Positions 52,279 to 64,000 of a stretch of 64,000 nt of DNA are shown piece after piece. The translations under genes and the position numbers were made by a program. Location: positions 64,001 to 128,000 of the IMG/VR virus record IMGVR_UViG_3300047444_000299, one strand, 5' to 3'. This stretch comes from a virus (taxonomy: Duplodnaviria > Heunggongvirae > Uroviricota > Caudoviricetes). The notes beneath the pieces are model-generated. The model had not been told where the DNA came from. It searched no databases and saw only the letters and a list, made by a program, of their open reading frames with translations. The stretch's first letter is position 1. Every line of letters starts with the position of its first letter.

Positions 52279-54258
52279 TTAGATTGAACCAAGAAGTTCT
52301 TGGAAATTTGCATCCGTGCGCGTGGCGACGAAGCTCAATGTCACGTAGTTGATCGAACGAGCTGGCTTGATCATGATCGCGGCGCGGAATTCGTTGTTAT
52401 CAATCACTTGACCGGTGTTGTTACGTTCCGAACATTCAACGTAGTAGTCATAAACTCCACGCTGCGAACGGATACCTTCTAGGTACGCATTAACTTCGGT
52501 ACGGAACGAATTACGGGTGAATTCGTCGTTGATTTCAAACAGACGGTATTTCGAAGCATCCGAAATAGCTTTTTCCAGCAAGTTGAACAGTCTACGCACG
52601 TTAATGCGGTTGAATGCCGATGGCTTGTTCGTAGCGGTCTTATCACCGTACATGAACGTACCTTCACCTTCCATGCTGATGATCGGGTTAATCTGTGCTT
52701 CATACAGGCGGTCGCGATGTGCTTGTTTCGGTGCGATTGCCAGTTTTACAACAGACTTGATTTGACCACGGGTTAGACCGGCTGGCGAGTACCATGCTTG
52801 AGCAACTTGGTCAGTGTTTGCACATAGACCTGCAATGTCGCCTGAGAGCGGAACCCAGCGGTTTTTATCGTTGTACTTGTCGTACTGGAACTTGTAGTTC
52901 CCGTCAATTGATACAAAGCTTGTGTTGATGTTCAAGTTGTCTGGAACTTCGGCGCCGGACGAGTTTACCCCATTACGCCAAGCAACAATGTTGTCTACCG
53001 CGTTTACAGTCGATTGGTTAACAACCAGTTCGCGTGGTGGCGAAATCAATGCAAGGCAGTCGGCACGGCTTGTGGCTAGATCCGATAGGTATTTCAGAAC
53101 GGTACTTGCAACAGTAATTGGTTCATCGGAAGCCGCACCGCCGATCATCAGGTTAACAAAGATGTTCTCTTTGTCGCCCAACAGATCCCAACCCATTAGG
53201 TAGTCATCTGCACCAACGTTAGCATCCTTACCACCACCGAAGGTCATACCCAGCGATGTACCAACACCATCTGCAACCCAAGAATCGGAAGTTGCATGAA
53301 TGTATTGACTTGGGCCTTTCTCGAAGAATTCATCGAGATAGATGTTTGTCCCGTAAATGTCCTTGTCACCAACTTTTGTAGAAACTACGAAAGTTTCAAC
53401 CGGAACACCGTCGAAGTAAACAACAATACCGTATTGATCGGAAGTTTGTGGGCCATATTCAAACAATCCAGCAACCGACTTAACAGTCTTGGTAATACCC
53501 GATGGGAATACCGACATGTTGCCTGTTCCAGAGTTGTAATCTGTGTGGTTGATGATATCAACACTGATACGGTCGCCGTATGCACCCGGATACTTAGCAA
53601 TAACGCTAGGAATCTGGTTTGTAATCAGCTTGGTAACTGTGTCCGATGTAAACGCGGTATGCAGCGCAGCATCGTTCGGCATGTAAACACCCGAATCGGT
53701 AAGCATAGCAACAGATACAACACCACCTGTACCAGCACCGCTTGCTAACCGAACTTCAACACCGCCTAATTGGTTTGTGGTTTGTCCACTGGCAATCGCG
53801 GCCATAACACCGGCAGAGCTGATGCGTAGCAGTTGCAGTTCACCAATGCTCGACACATCCATTACAGTTGCGGTTGAAATTACTGTCGCACCGGAGTTAA
53901 CAGTTACATCATATGTAGCACCCTTAACATACCCAGTACCACCAGAAATAATCGTGGGGATAACCGCGTTGAAAAGAGGGGTCGAATTTTTTGCAGTTGC
54001 AGTATCTACCACACGCACAAAACGAAGGTCGTTTGCGTAGCGTAGGAAGTTTGCCATACTGAAAAAGGTTGCAGCAGTGTAGTCATTCGGCGCACCAGCA
54101 CGACGAACCAAATCTGGTTCATCAACATATTGACTGATTTGGAATGCTGGCCCCCACTGTGCTTTACCTACGGTCGCACCACGGCCTGTAGCCGCGTTTG
54201 CGATTGTGGTACTAAGATCAATTTCTTTGACCTCATAACCCGGAGATAGCAATGTCAT
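52279..54258 (-). CDS. 18: tail sheath protein gp18
   Basis: LLSPG.E.KE.D, QWGP, YQYDKYND.NRW.PL.GD.AGL, W.SPAG..RG, RINVRRLF, FE.NDEFTR..F, IKPARSINY.TL.F.A; CATAAATA at 54324-54317. Confidence 0.98.
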   Translation of the reverse strand: MTLLSPGYEVKEIDLSTTIANAATGRGATVGKAQWGPAFQISQYVDEPDLVRRAGAPNDYTAATFFSMANFLRYANDLRFVRVVDTATAKNSTPLFNAVIPTIISGGTGYVKGATYDVTVNSGATVISTATVMDVSSIGELQLLRISSAGVMAAIASGQTTNQLGGVEVRLASGAGTGGVVSVAMLTDSGVYMPNDAALHTAFTSDTVTKLITNQIPSVIAKYPGAYGDRISVDIINHTDYNSGTGNMSVFPSGITKTVKSVAGLFEYGPQTSDQYGIVVYFDGVPVETFVVSTKVGDKDIYGTNIYLDEFFEKGPSQYIHATSDSWVADGVGTSLGMTFGGGKDANVGADDYLMGWDLLGDKENIFVNLMIGGAASDEPITVASTVLKYLSDLATSRADCLALISPPRELVVNQSTVNAVDNIVAWRNGVNSSGAEVPDNLNINTSFVSIDGNYKFQYDKYNDKNRWVPLSGDIAGLCANTDQVAQAWYSPAGLTRGQIKSVVKLAIAPKQAHRDRLYEAQINPIISMEGEGTFMYGDKTATNKPSAFNRINVRRLFNLLEKAISDASKYRLFEINDEFTRNSFRTEVNAYLEGIRSQRGVYDYYVECSERNNTGQVIDNNEFRAAIMIKPARSINYVTLSFVATRTDANFQELLGSI

Positions 54259-54345
54259 TGCGATTGTTTCCTCAAAGTGTAAAAAAGTTCTTGGACATAA
54301 TCCAATTATCTAATTCTATTTATGCAAGAGAAAACGCGGTTTCTC

Positions 54346-54702
54346 TTATTTTTTACCGAAACTTGTAAAATTACTTAAAATATCGGTAAGTTGTTTTCTT
54401 AACCCAAAAATACATACCACACCCAATACAATGACAAAGGTAAACCAATTAGGCAGAGTATCGAGAATGTCGAACCCAGCTTTGATATTGTCACGTAGTT
54501 GTGGGATGAATACCCCAACCATTGGAATTAGAAACAACATAAACAGCAAGTCATCTAATAGGCCAAATTTTTCGGTTGGTTCGGGTGGGGTGCAAGTTGG
54601 TGGAGGGGTACAGCTTGGGGCTGCACCTTCATCCGGCTTTTCAGTCTCTGTAGTCATTTTTCGTGCCTGCAATATCCGCAATAGCGTTAAAATCCAATTC
54701 AT
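54346..54702 (-). CDS. putative holin (3TM/GTA-type)
   Basis: DD....L..IP....FIP.....I.AGF..L..LP.WF......V...FG.R motif; two C-terminal TM helices. Confidence 0.6.
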   Translation of the reverse strand: MNWILTLLRILQARKMTTETEKPDEGAAPSCTPPPTCTPPEPTEKFGLLDDLLFMLFLIPMVGVFIPQLRDNIKAGFDILDTLPNWFTFVIVLGVVCIFGLRKQLTDILSNFTSFGKK

Positions 54703-55031
54703 TTTCCACGACCGTATTCTTCTGGCTTAGAGCAGCACTTAGCGAGCGCTAATTTCATTTCGTTTACGGCATCGGTAAGTTGACGCTGACTGGTTTTCAT
54801 TTCGTTAACGAGGTCAGTATTTGCTTTTGTTTGGGCTTCCAATAGGATCATCATCCGGTCTGCCGCCCGTTGATCTGTTACCAGATTGTCAACAGTCGTC
54901 ATAGACTTTTTAATAACCGCTACATCAGAGTTAATCGAAAATACCCACGTACCCATAAAGGCCAATACCAAAATAATCACAGGTAAAATCAATTTGTCCC
55001 AAAGAAAGTTTTGAGTGTTTTCAGTGCTCAT
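54699..55031 (-). CDS. membrane-anchored coiled-coil protein
   Basis: N-terminal TM LILPVIILVLAFMGTWVF, then heptads ending in KCC. Confidence 0.65.
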   Translation of the reverse strand: MSTENTQNFLWDKLILPVIILVLAFMGTWVFSINSDVAVIKKSMTTVDNLVTDQRAADRMMILLEAQTKANTDLVNEMKTSQRQLTDAVNEMKLALAKCCSKPEEYGRGK

Positions 55032-55063
55032 TTTCTTAGTCTCTGCGATTTGGTTTGGGTGAG

Positions 55064-57294
<2,231 letters not shown>

Positions 57295-57302
<8 letters not shown>

Positions 57303-58080
57303 TTGGATATTCTTCCGTGGTTTGAATTACATATGGATCGGTGATGTTCGCAGATTCTGGAATAACTTCATTGGTTACCCGGTAAATCGATGCAGCATCA
57401 TCTAATAGGCTTTCCACTTCACCGACAAAGTTAACAATTGTTTTCTTGATAATATTGGCGGATTGGATTTGTGGGTACAGATATCCGTATAGGTCGAATG
57501 TCAAGTTCCACACAACATGCCTACGATCATCTGCCATCAACCCAATCATTTCTTCCGCTGGCTCACACTCGGTTAGATTGATGTAAATGTCTCGGTCTAC
57601 AACCCCGGCCAACGAATACTCTTTGATCTTGGCGTTAAAGTGCGGTTGGAAATACGGTAGAATCTGTTCGATAATCTGCAACATGTCGTCTTCATATCTG
57701 GTGTAGATACAGACTTCAAACTCAAAGTTATACGGAACAGGCGCCAATTGTTTCTGGTGGACCTTAACCCCATCAACTTCGACAACGTTCATCGAGTATT
57801 GCAGGGTGTTGACTTTCCGTTTTTGATCATATGTCATCTTACGCATGAAGAAACTCATGCGCGGCAAGATGGTTTGCATTTCTGGGAAATTAGGATCTGC
57901 GCCGTTTTTGTTCATGTTCTGCAAATAGGCGACGAACTTTTCTTTCGATTGATACGTGATCGGCACAACCATTGGAACTGTTTTATCCGGGCGAAGGATA
58001 TTCACCTTATTGAACAGGGTTCCCATCAGTACGACGTAGTTTCGTACTGACTTGTTGTATTGGTGGTTATCGGTAAACAT
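57295..58080 (-). CDS. 15: tail sheath terminator gp15
   Basis: YN.S.R.YV..MG.LFN, VPI.Y..KEKF, LPRMSF....M.YD..RK, PVPYN..F, EDD..QI.EQILPYFQP.F. Confidence 0.95.
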
Positions 58081-58823
58081 TAGTAGTTTGCCCCAAATGG
58101 ATCATTTTCATCAAATACTGTAAGCGCACTGCCTTCGGACTCGATCTGATCAGATTCGGAGTAGTCTGGGCGGTCAATGTCGCCATGCGTACCCAATTGA
58201 ATCAATTCATCCAGAATATCCGAAGGAATATCAGTTCCTGTAGGATCTGGGATGGTGGATCTATTGATAAGCGGCATGTCTTCACGGCTATAAGCAAATT
58301 TCTGTGCGGTAATTCTACGGAATGGTAATGTTCCGTTAGGGTGGAACGGGTCATCCGCTTCAACCCAAATGATTTCGAATAGCGAAGGTTGACCAGATGC
58401 GGCGCGAGCATCCCACATAATCAGGTCACCCGGACGTGGGAAGAACCCATTGGTCTGGTGTGCGAACATGTCAGGCTGCACGATTAGATCAATTTCATCG
58501 TTAACCGAAATACCAAACTTCGAATAGAAGTCCTGTTGCCCCTGCCAGCCATTGTAAGACTGTAGGTACATGTTGACTTTATAATAGTCGGTAAACTTGT
58601 TTGTAGAGTCTTCACCAAATATACGATCTAGATTTGGTAGTTCTCGTTTGATGTACCAGAATTCTAACCCGGACATCTGGATTGATTCAGAAACCAGATC
58701 ATTCAACAAATTCGACTCAGATAAGATGGAATTGTGATTGAAATATGGGTTGCGAATGTTATCCAGTGATCTTGGGTCATCAGTTTCAATTGATGCCCAA
58801 GCGTTTTCATTCCATAGCGGCAT
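58080..58823 (-). CDS. 14: neck protein gp14
   Basis: NPYFN, E..L...LV.ESI...G....YI.R, FGED...KF, G..G..DF.SKFG....DE, P.PGDLI, LFEI.WVE..DPF. Confidence 0.95.
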   Translation of the reverse strand: MPLWNENAWASIETDDPRSLDNIRNPYFNHNSILSESNLLNDLVSESIQMSGLEFWYIKRELPNLDRIFGEDSTNKFTDYYKVNMYLQSYNGWQGQQDFYSKFGISVNDEIDLIVQPDMFAHQTNGFFPRPGDLIMWDARAASGQPSLFEIIWVEADDPFHPNGTLPFRRITAQKFAYSREDMPLINRSTIPDPTGTDIPSDILDELIQLGTHGDIDRPDYSESDQIESEGSALTVFDENDPFGANY

Positions 58824-58826
58824 GAA

Positions 58827-59756
58827 TTACTCCATATAAAACGGAAGTGGTTCTTGCAGTAACAGCAGTTCTTTACGAAGTTCGGCAATCTCTGCCTGAG
58901 CCTCGTCATAGATCCCCTGACCGTTTACTGTGATACCGCCCGGTAATGGCTGACCGTTGAATTTCTTCAAATTCGTGCCCCATTGCAGCTTGGTATACGC
59001 GGTCGCCATTTCTTTTAACCAACGGTTGTTATAAATCGATTGATTCATAAACGTCGCGGAATTCGCCGGATCAACAGATGTGCCAGTGATTGTATATGCA
59101 TATGGATTATGGTAATTCTGTTCCGCTCGGGTGACAAACAAGCCAGAAGCGGCATCCGGTTGCGAAATATAGGATTGATCCACGTAAACACCGGAAGCCA
59201 CATAGCATTCGATGATTACCACCTGACCGACTATTAGATTACCTTCACTCAGGATTTTCAATTTTCCCGAATCGGTGTTGAACCAAAAGTTCAAATCTGG
59301 TGTGAAAAATCTTTGAATAAGTTCAAGGTTCTGTTGGAATGCATCATATAGCGCCAATCCATACCCACCACCACTAAACATGCCCCCACCTTGGCTAGCA
59401 GCGCCAAGAGAACCAGACATCATTTTCAGTAGGTCGGCACCGGATTGCCACCCAGCATCGAATACAGAACCATCAGACCATGCCCCACCAACCGACATTG
59501 TGTTTCGGTATACACGGGACACAGCTTGCAATTTGACATCGAGTTGGATCAAACCCGCTGCGACATCATCTTGCGAAATTGTTTTGACCAAATACATCTT
59601 GTTAACACCGTCATAGTGGTAATCAACATAGATGTCTACAGCCCTATCGATTGCTTCAAATAACTGGGGTTCGGTTACGTTAATTGTATTAACCGGGGCG
59701 CCTAGTCGAGAAAGAATGATATTTTTAAGTTGAATAGGATTTGTAGCTGTTGCCAT
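58827..59756 (-). CDS. 13: neck protein gp13
   Basis: LK..IL.RLGAPV..INVT..Q....I.RA......YHYDG, W.K...TA..K.QWG.NL.KF.G..LPGG.T.NG..IY.EA; TATAAATA at 59787-59780. Confidence 0.95.
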   Translation of the reverse strand: MATATNPIQLKNIILSRLGAPVNTINVTEPQLFEAIDRAVDIYVDYHYDGVNKMYLVKTISQDDVAAGLIQLDVKLQAVSRVYRNTMSVGGAWSDGSVFDAGWQSGADLLKMMSGSLGAASQGGGMFSGGGYGLALYDAFQQNLELIQRFFTPDLNFWFNTDSGKLKILSEGNLIVGQVVIIECYVASGVYVDQSYISQPDAASGLFVTRAEQNYHNPYAYTITGTSVDPANSATFMNQSIYNNRWLKEMATAYTKLQWGTNLKKFNGQPLPGGITVNGQGIYDEAQAEIAELRKELLLLQEPLPFYME

Positions 59757-59791
59757 GATTTATCCCCAATTGATACACGTATTTATAAACG

Positions 59792-59817
59792 AAAAAAGGG
59801 GCCATTTGGCCCCTTTT
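59792..59817 (-). terminator. terminator ending the gp10-11-12-oxygenase operon
   Basis: GGGGCC-AAAT-GGCCCC with T tract on the minus strand. Confidence 0.8.
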
Positions 59818-59819
59818 AT

Positions 59820-60296
59820 TTATTCTACAGTCATCCAGATTGCCCAGAGATTGTCTTCCTTAACTTTCGGAACTTCATGCTCATGGGTAATATTGAATGT
59901 GATAGAATCACCCGGTTCTAACATGAACAGTTCACCGTCAATGATGATCTGTTGGTTTTCACCCAACGCAACACATAAGAAGCTTGCTGTGTTCTTGGTT
60001 CCAACCCAGTTGTTCATGCGATCTAGCAGGCCAACACCTTTGTCATACTTCCGAAAGAAAAACAGGAATGTTTTATCCCAGATACCTTTCGGGGTTACAT
60101 CGATGATATTTGCTTTATCAGGGCGAGGGATTTTGTACCACTTCCACGTTTTATACATAGAAGGGTTCTTCATCCCATTTGCACCCATTCTACGACGAAT
60201 GGATGTCGAATCATCCCAAGCGGCGGTATCTTGAATTGCGGTTAGCAACTTCACAGCCTTCTTGGTCAGATGTTTTCTTCTAATTTGAATGCTCAT
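59820..60296 (-). CDS. cupin / 2OG-Fe(II) oxygenase-like fold protein, possibly degenerate
   Basis: F.RKYDKG.G, FLCVAL..NQ.I.IDGE...LEPGD.I.FN....HEV; canonical HxD not evident. Confidence 0.6.
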   Translation of the reverse strand: MSIQIRRKHLTKKAVKLLTAIQDTAAWDDSTSIRRRMGANGMKNPSMYKTWKWYKIPRPDKANIIDVTPKGIWDKTFLFFFRKYDKGVGLLDRMNNWVGTKNTASFLCVALGENQQIIIDGELFMLEPGDSITFNITHEHEVPKVKEDNLWAIWMTVE

Positions 60297-60787
60297 AGGT
60301 AAAGATACAATGCTATATAACGTTTATGGGATACCGGTCTGACCGCATGTACCAGCTTGTTGCCGGTGACATGGATACCAGTGCCGATAGTGTCTGGATA
60401 AAAGGTTTCGTCGCCCGTAGGGCCATCAAAATACGCCGAGAACCCATCACCGTCTGCCACCAGTGGTACAACACAGAAACTCAGGTAGTGATGTGAATCA
60501 ATATGCATCGGGATAAAATCACCCGGCTCATATTTATTTACAATCACTTCCTCAAGGAATTGTCCGCATTTAGGGGCAACCTTGATCAATTTTTCACGAA
60601 TTGATTTGGGAATATCTAAGTTGATCATAGATCGGTATTTAGCAGGCACCTTATCTACAGTACGGAATAAGGTGGTGCCATTAGATCGGTCGGTGAATCT
60701 CTTTGTATCAAATTCATCAAGTTCACCCACAATCTCTTTGCAGAACTCAGGGGTGAACTCTGGAATGTCGATAACGTTTAATGTCAC
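60293..60787 (-). CDS. 2OG-Fe(II) oxygenase
   Basis: VNKYEPGDFIPMHID (HxD) ... HAVRPV..KRY (distal His and Arg). Confidence 0.85.
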   Translation of the reverse strand: MTLNVIDIPEFTPEFCKEIVGELDEFDTKRFTDRSNGTTLFRTVDKVPAKYRSMINLDIPKSIREKLIKVAPKCGQFLEEVIVNKYEPGDFIPMHIDSHHYLSFCVVPLVADGDGFSAYFDGPTGDETFYPDTIGTGIHVTGNKLVHAVRPVSHKRYIALYLYL

Positions 60788-61359
60788 TGATTATACAGTC
60801 CTAGACCTAGTAGGTTCTTCGGCCCCATAGCTTCATGCAACCCACCGTCCAATTTAGCCTCATGTTCGGCGGCTTGTTGTTCGATGGTGATAAAGTCGAA
60901 GTCTGGGTTGTTGATGTACGATTGTTTCAGGATCTTGTTAGCGCGTTTCACGCCGTCGATATAATCGTTCATATCGGCAAGTTCATCATGCAGCAAGCCA
61001 GCCTTATCGGCAAGTTTGGTCACAACATCCCGGATCAAATCTAGTTGAACTTCCAAATGGAATCTGGCATAGATTTTTTCTTTACATTGGTTATTTACCA
61101 TTGTTTCGTAGATTTTAGTCTTAGAAGTGGCAATATCCACAATCTTAAAGCTGTCCTTGACCCCTTCAATCTTTTGGGTCTTTACGTCTATTTCAACTTC
61201 AACGTAACTGTAATGTTCTGTATCCAACCACTCCAGTGGAACAACACCAATTGTATTGATGTAGGCACCGGAAGTAGCGTTAAATTGGACCAGCATTTTA
61301 GACTGTCCGGTTGGAATTACACTATCAAGTGCATTAACTGTGTTAATTGTATCAATCAT
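60784..61359 (-). CDS. hypothetical protein downstream of the short tail fibre
   Basis: 191 aa, tightly coupled in the late operon. Confidence 0.7.
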   Translation of the reverse strand: MIDTINTVNALDSVIPTGQSKMLVQFNATSGAYINTIGVVPLEWLDTEHYSYVEVEIDVKTQKIEGVKDSFKIVDIATSKTKIYETMVNNQCKEKIYARFHLEVQLDLIRDVVTKLADKAGLLHDELADMNDYIDGVKRANKILKQSYINNPDFDFITIEQQAAEHEAKLDGGLHEAMGPKNLLGLGLYNQ

Positions 61360-61368
61360 AATTCACCA

Positions 61369-61899
61369 TTAAGTTGGTAGTGTCCAGAAGTTAAGGTCAC
61401 GCCATCCGCCATTTTCGGTTAGGATCATTGTTCTGCGCACCCATGCGGTTAAGGTCGATGATCCATTCCCCCAACCATGTACATAGTTGTACTGGTCTTC
61501 GAATACGATAACCGAACCAACTGGAACCCCTGTGTATGTACTTACCATCTGAGCTAATGGGCCGGTCCCGCCGTAAATCCAACGCGGTAGGGTTACCGCT
61601 GGTGGGATTGAAGGCTGAATTGTTACGTTCCAGAATTTGACAATGTTTGCGTACACCTGATCCGGGGTAACGTATGCATTGACCGCCCATGATAATATGG
61701 ACTCCGAGTCAGTCGCTTTACGCACCAATCCGGCTACAGTGGTACTAGCATATACCGGGATATACTTCGCCTCTACAATCGCATCCTGCACGTTTGTAGA
61801 GGTGAATCCTTTGGCAACCGCTGCGCCTGTTGTGTTATCAAAAGTGACTTTTGCCCCGGCGTAGGATTCAGAAATCAACTTAGCATTTGTATATGTCAT
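61369..61899 (-). CDS. 12: short tail fibre gp12-like protein, truncated
   Basis: V.FD.T......T.VQ.AI.......AS.T..G..R.AT..E.......AYVTP matches the gp12 N-terminus; only 176 aa; follows gp11. Confidence 0.7.
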   Translation of the reverse strand: MTYTNAKLISESYAGAKVTFDNTTGAAVAKGFTSTNVQDAIVEAKYIPVYASTTVAGLVRKATDSESILSWAVNAYVTPDQVYANIVKFWNVTIQPSIPPAVTLPRWIYGGTGPLAQMVSTYTGVPVGSVIVFEDQYNYVHGWGNGSSTLTAWVRRTMILTENGGWRDLNFWTLPT

Positions 61900-61907
61900 G
61901 TTTCACC

Positions 61908-62513
61908 TTACGCGATGCGTAGCCAGCTATAAAAGGTTCTGGTGTATTTAGTCTCGGAACCTAGAAGCTCCCACCAGCCGTAGCCTAGATATCCCGGCGT
62001 ACCACCGAATGTGGTTGTTGTAGTTGCAATGGTCAGGCCAAGTTGGACGTTGTTATCAACCATGTGAGCGGTGGTATCGACAAAGGTAACGGTCACAGTG
62101 TTTGTAGACGCAACAACCGATGCAAACACCGATGTGACAGCAACCAATACAGCTCGGATTTTTGTCGCGATTTGAGTTGTGGTATCGGTTGACAAAATTG
62201 CAACCGTATAACCCATGATTGACAGGTTGCCGGTGGTTGGTGTACCTGTAACGGTAATCACGCTTACTTGCGAACTACTTGACGTAGGGGCAAGATTCGG
62301 GTTACGCGAACTCAGGGTTACAATCACTTGACCGGGTTGGGTCATTGCACCATGCCAAATTTGATCCAATGCCGCCTGTACGTTTGGTGTTAGTACACCC
62401 ACCGCAATTTGGGCTGCCGTAGCAGCCCCAACTTGAGGGGACAAGGTTTGATCAAAAGCAATGTTTACCGCGTTCTTAGTTGTTACACTAGCGGCTGATC
62501 TATTAATACTCAT
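61908..62513 (-). CDS. 11: baseplate wedge / fibre connector gp11
   Basis: A.V....A....F, Q.A.G...PNV..A...., G.....NP, GYG.W.LLG.., FY.W.R.A; TAATG-coupled to gp10. Confidence 0.88.
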   Translation of the reverse strand: MSINRSAASVTTKNAVNIAFDQTLSPQVGAATAAQIAVGVLTPNVQAALDQIWHGAMTQPGQVIVTLSSRNPNLAPTSSSSQVSVITVTGTPTTGNLSIMGYTVAILSTDTTTQIATKIRAVLVAVTSVFASVVASTNTVTVTFVDTTAHMVDNNVQLGLTIATTTTTFGGTPGYLGYGWWELLGSETKYTRTFYSWLRIA

Positions 62514-64000
62514 TATGCAGTTCGCACCCAAATATATGTTGTAATGGCTGGTGGGATAATCGCAAAGTCAGATGCGGTTTGACCCGATGTGCCATTGAAA
62601 TTAACTGTCGCCAATTCATAAGTTGCCAGTGGCATTAATGTTTGGTCTGGATCTGGTAAACAACCTGTTAGGTTGATTTCACCAGTACCTGATAGAGCTT
62701 CCCGCAGGTATTCACGATCCGATACCATTTCAGGGATATGCGCAAGGCTAAGTTGCACTTGACGCGATCCGATCAAGTTACCAGCAATTTTCGCCGGATT
62801 CCCGTAGTCATCCAGTACCGCCGAGTTAACACCAAACAATGGATCTGGCTGACTGGTATTATCCAATGTGTCATCAAAACCAAAAATGGTTTTACCCTTC
62901 GCATATCTAGCCCATGTACCGAATCCCATATAAAGACTTGGGTTGGCCGGGTTATTCGCGTTCATGTACAGAGAACCAACCGGGTAGATCGATTCGAGCA
63001 ATTGAACAACGTTTGCAAACCGGATGTTGGTTTCAGTACCGGCTACGGGGGCCATGTTCTGTGCAGTTGCAGCAGTTGTATCGGTGTAACGAATCTTGTT
63101 CGAACGGTTGAAAATGAACGATGTATCCAAGAAGGCTGTTGCCACTCGGGATTTAATCCCATCCGGGCTATCCCATTCTAGGATCGAACCAATTTCGTTG
63201 TTGTAATAGATGATCGTAACAATGTCACCATCATTTAAATCAGGGCTGATGGTTATTTGGTTCCAACGACCTAGACTGTCAACACTTAATTTGTAGTCTT
63301 CATTTGCAGCCGGGTTTAACAAAGCTTTACCAGATTCAACTAGAACCGTACCATTAACCAGAACCTGACAAGCAGCCGGGTTGATTTCTTCATCCGCAGG
63401 ACAACCAAAGTCTGTCAGGCTGTATGCCCCACCCACTTTGATTCGTGTACTCTGGCCGGATATCGGTGCAGTTGGGTTTGCAGTAGCAAGCATCTGTACA
63501 TCATAACGAACATACGATACCGGGGAACTTGCAACACCTTTACTGTAACTGATGATGGTGATGATATCGCCAATGACCACGTATGGTACATAGATATCAA
63601 CGCCATTTAATCGACCGACAACACCACCAACTTTAGAACCGTAGTCGGTGCTTGCCAATGTCGAATCATAGGTTAGCAAAGTACCGTTACGATAGACTTG
63701 AACCGCAGCGGCGTTATAGCCAGCGGTGCTAATGTTGGTGAAGAAACCGTCAGTATATTGACCACTGGTAACACGGAAAGATTGAACCACAACACCTGTT
63801 CCCGGTGCTTGCGGAACGGAGTCTAATTTCATGTTATTGATGTAACGCCATGTCGCAGGCGAGGTGTATACAAAAGTTAGATCGCTAAAGTCGGTTGCAA
63901 AATCAACTGGGTTGGTTGAACCGCCGATAGAGTCACCGGACATTGGGTGTACAATACAATCATTGGTGCCCCAAGAGGCGTGTACATCGCGTAATTTGAT
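62513..64000 (-). CDS. 10: baseplate wedge subunit / tail pin gp10, 5' end beyond the window
   Basis: Frame open to the window edge (IKLRDVHASWG...); F..DF.DL..VY..P..W.Y, IYPVG..Y.NA.N..NP..YMGFG.W; C-terminal PP.IT.Y.W.R.A. Confidence 0.93.
   Translation of the reverse strand: MKLRDVHASWGTNDCIVHPMSGDSIGGSTNPVDFATDFSDLTFVYTSPATWRYINNMKLDSVPQAPGTGVVVQSFRVTSGQYTDGFFTNISTAGYNAAAVQVYRNGTLLTYDSTLASTDYGSKVGGVVGRLNGVDIYVPYVVIGDIITIISYSKGVASSPVSYVRYDVQMLATANPTAPISGQSTRIKVGGAYSLTDFGCPADEEINPAACQVLVNGTVLVESGKALLNPAANEDYKLSVDSLGRWNQITISPDLNDGDIVTIIYYNNEIGSILEWDSPDGIKSRVATAFLDTSFIFNRSNKIRYTDTTAATAQNMAPVAGTETNIRFANVVQLLESIYPVGSLYMNANNPANPSLYMGFGTWARYAKGKTIFGFDDTLDNTSQPDPLFGVNSAVLDDYGNPAKIAGNLIGSRQVQLSLAHIPEMVSDREYLREALSGTGEINLTGCLPDPDQTLMPLATYELATVNFNGTSGQTASDFAIIPPAITTYIWVRTA

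Overview
64 kb segment of a lytic T4-like (Tevenvirinae-related) myophage genome, with no host genes evident. From left to right: (1) 1-6.4 kb: early region of small hypothetical genes, each driven by a repeated sigma70-like promoter cassette, ending in a T7 gp0.7-like protein kinase. (2) 6.4-7.25 kb: ORF-free region with tandem promoters, 30-bp repeats and TCGACC iterons, a candidate origin or ncRNA locus. (3) 7.3-12.6 kb: accessory genes (HNH-AP2 endonuclease, macrodomain, lipoprotein). (4) 12.6-18.3 kb, minus strand: long-tail-fibre module with one gp34/gp37-like fibre, a gp38 adhesin and an asparagine-synthetase-like enzyme. (5) 18.4-41.2 kb: replication, recombination and nucleotide metabolism (rnh, rIIA, rIIB, dsbA, 33, 59, 32, frd, td, nrdB, nrdA, spanins, cd, 31, Pth2, endoVII, PhoH, ligase, uvsY). 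(6) 41.3-45.6 kb: uvsW, inh, Tad2-like protein, a small early operon and a Hoc-like protein. (7) 45.8-64 kb, minus strand: virion morphogenesis (23, 22, 21, 68, 67, 20, 19, 18, holin-like pair, 17, 16, 15, 14, 13, two 2OG-Fe(II)/cupin enzymes, short gp12, gp11, partial gp10). The strongest leads are orphan modifying enzymes at the end of both tail-fibre operons (a possible fibre-tailoring system), the T7-type kinase, the promoter/iteron non-coding locus, a single-chain long tail fibre and several counter-defence candidates. All family assignments come from motif recognition and recalled reference sequences; no database search was run.
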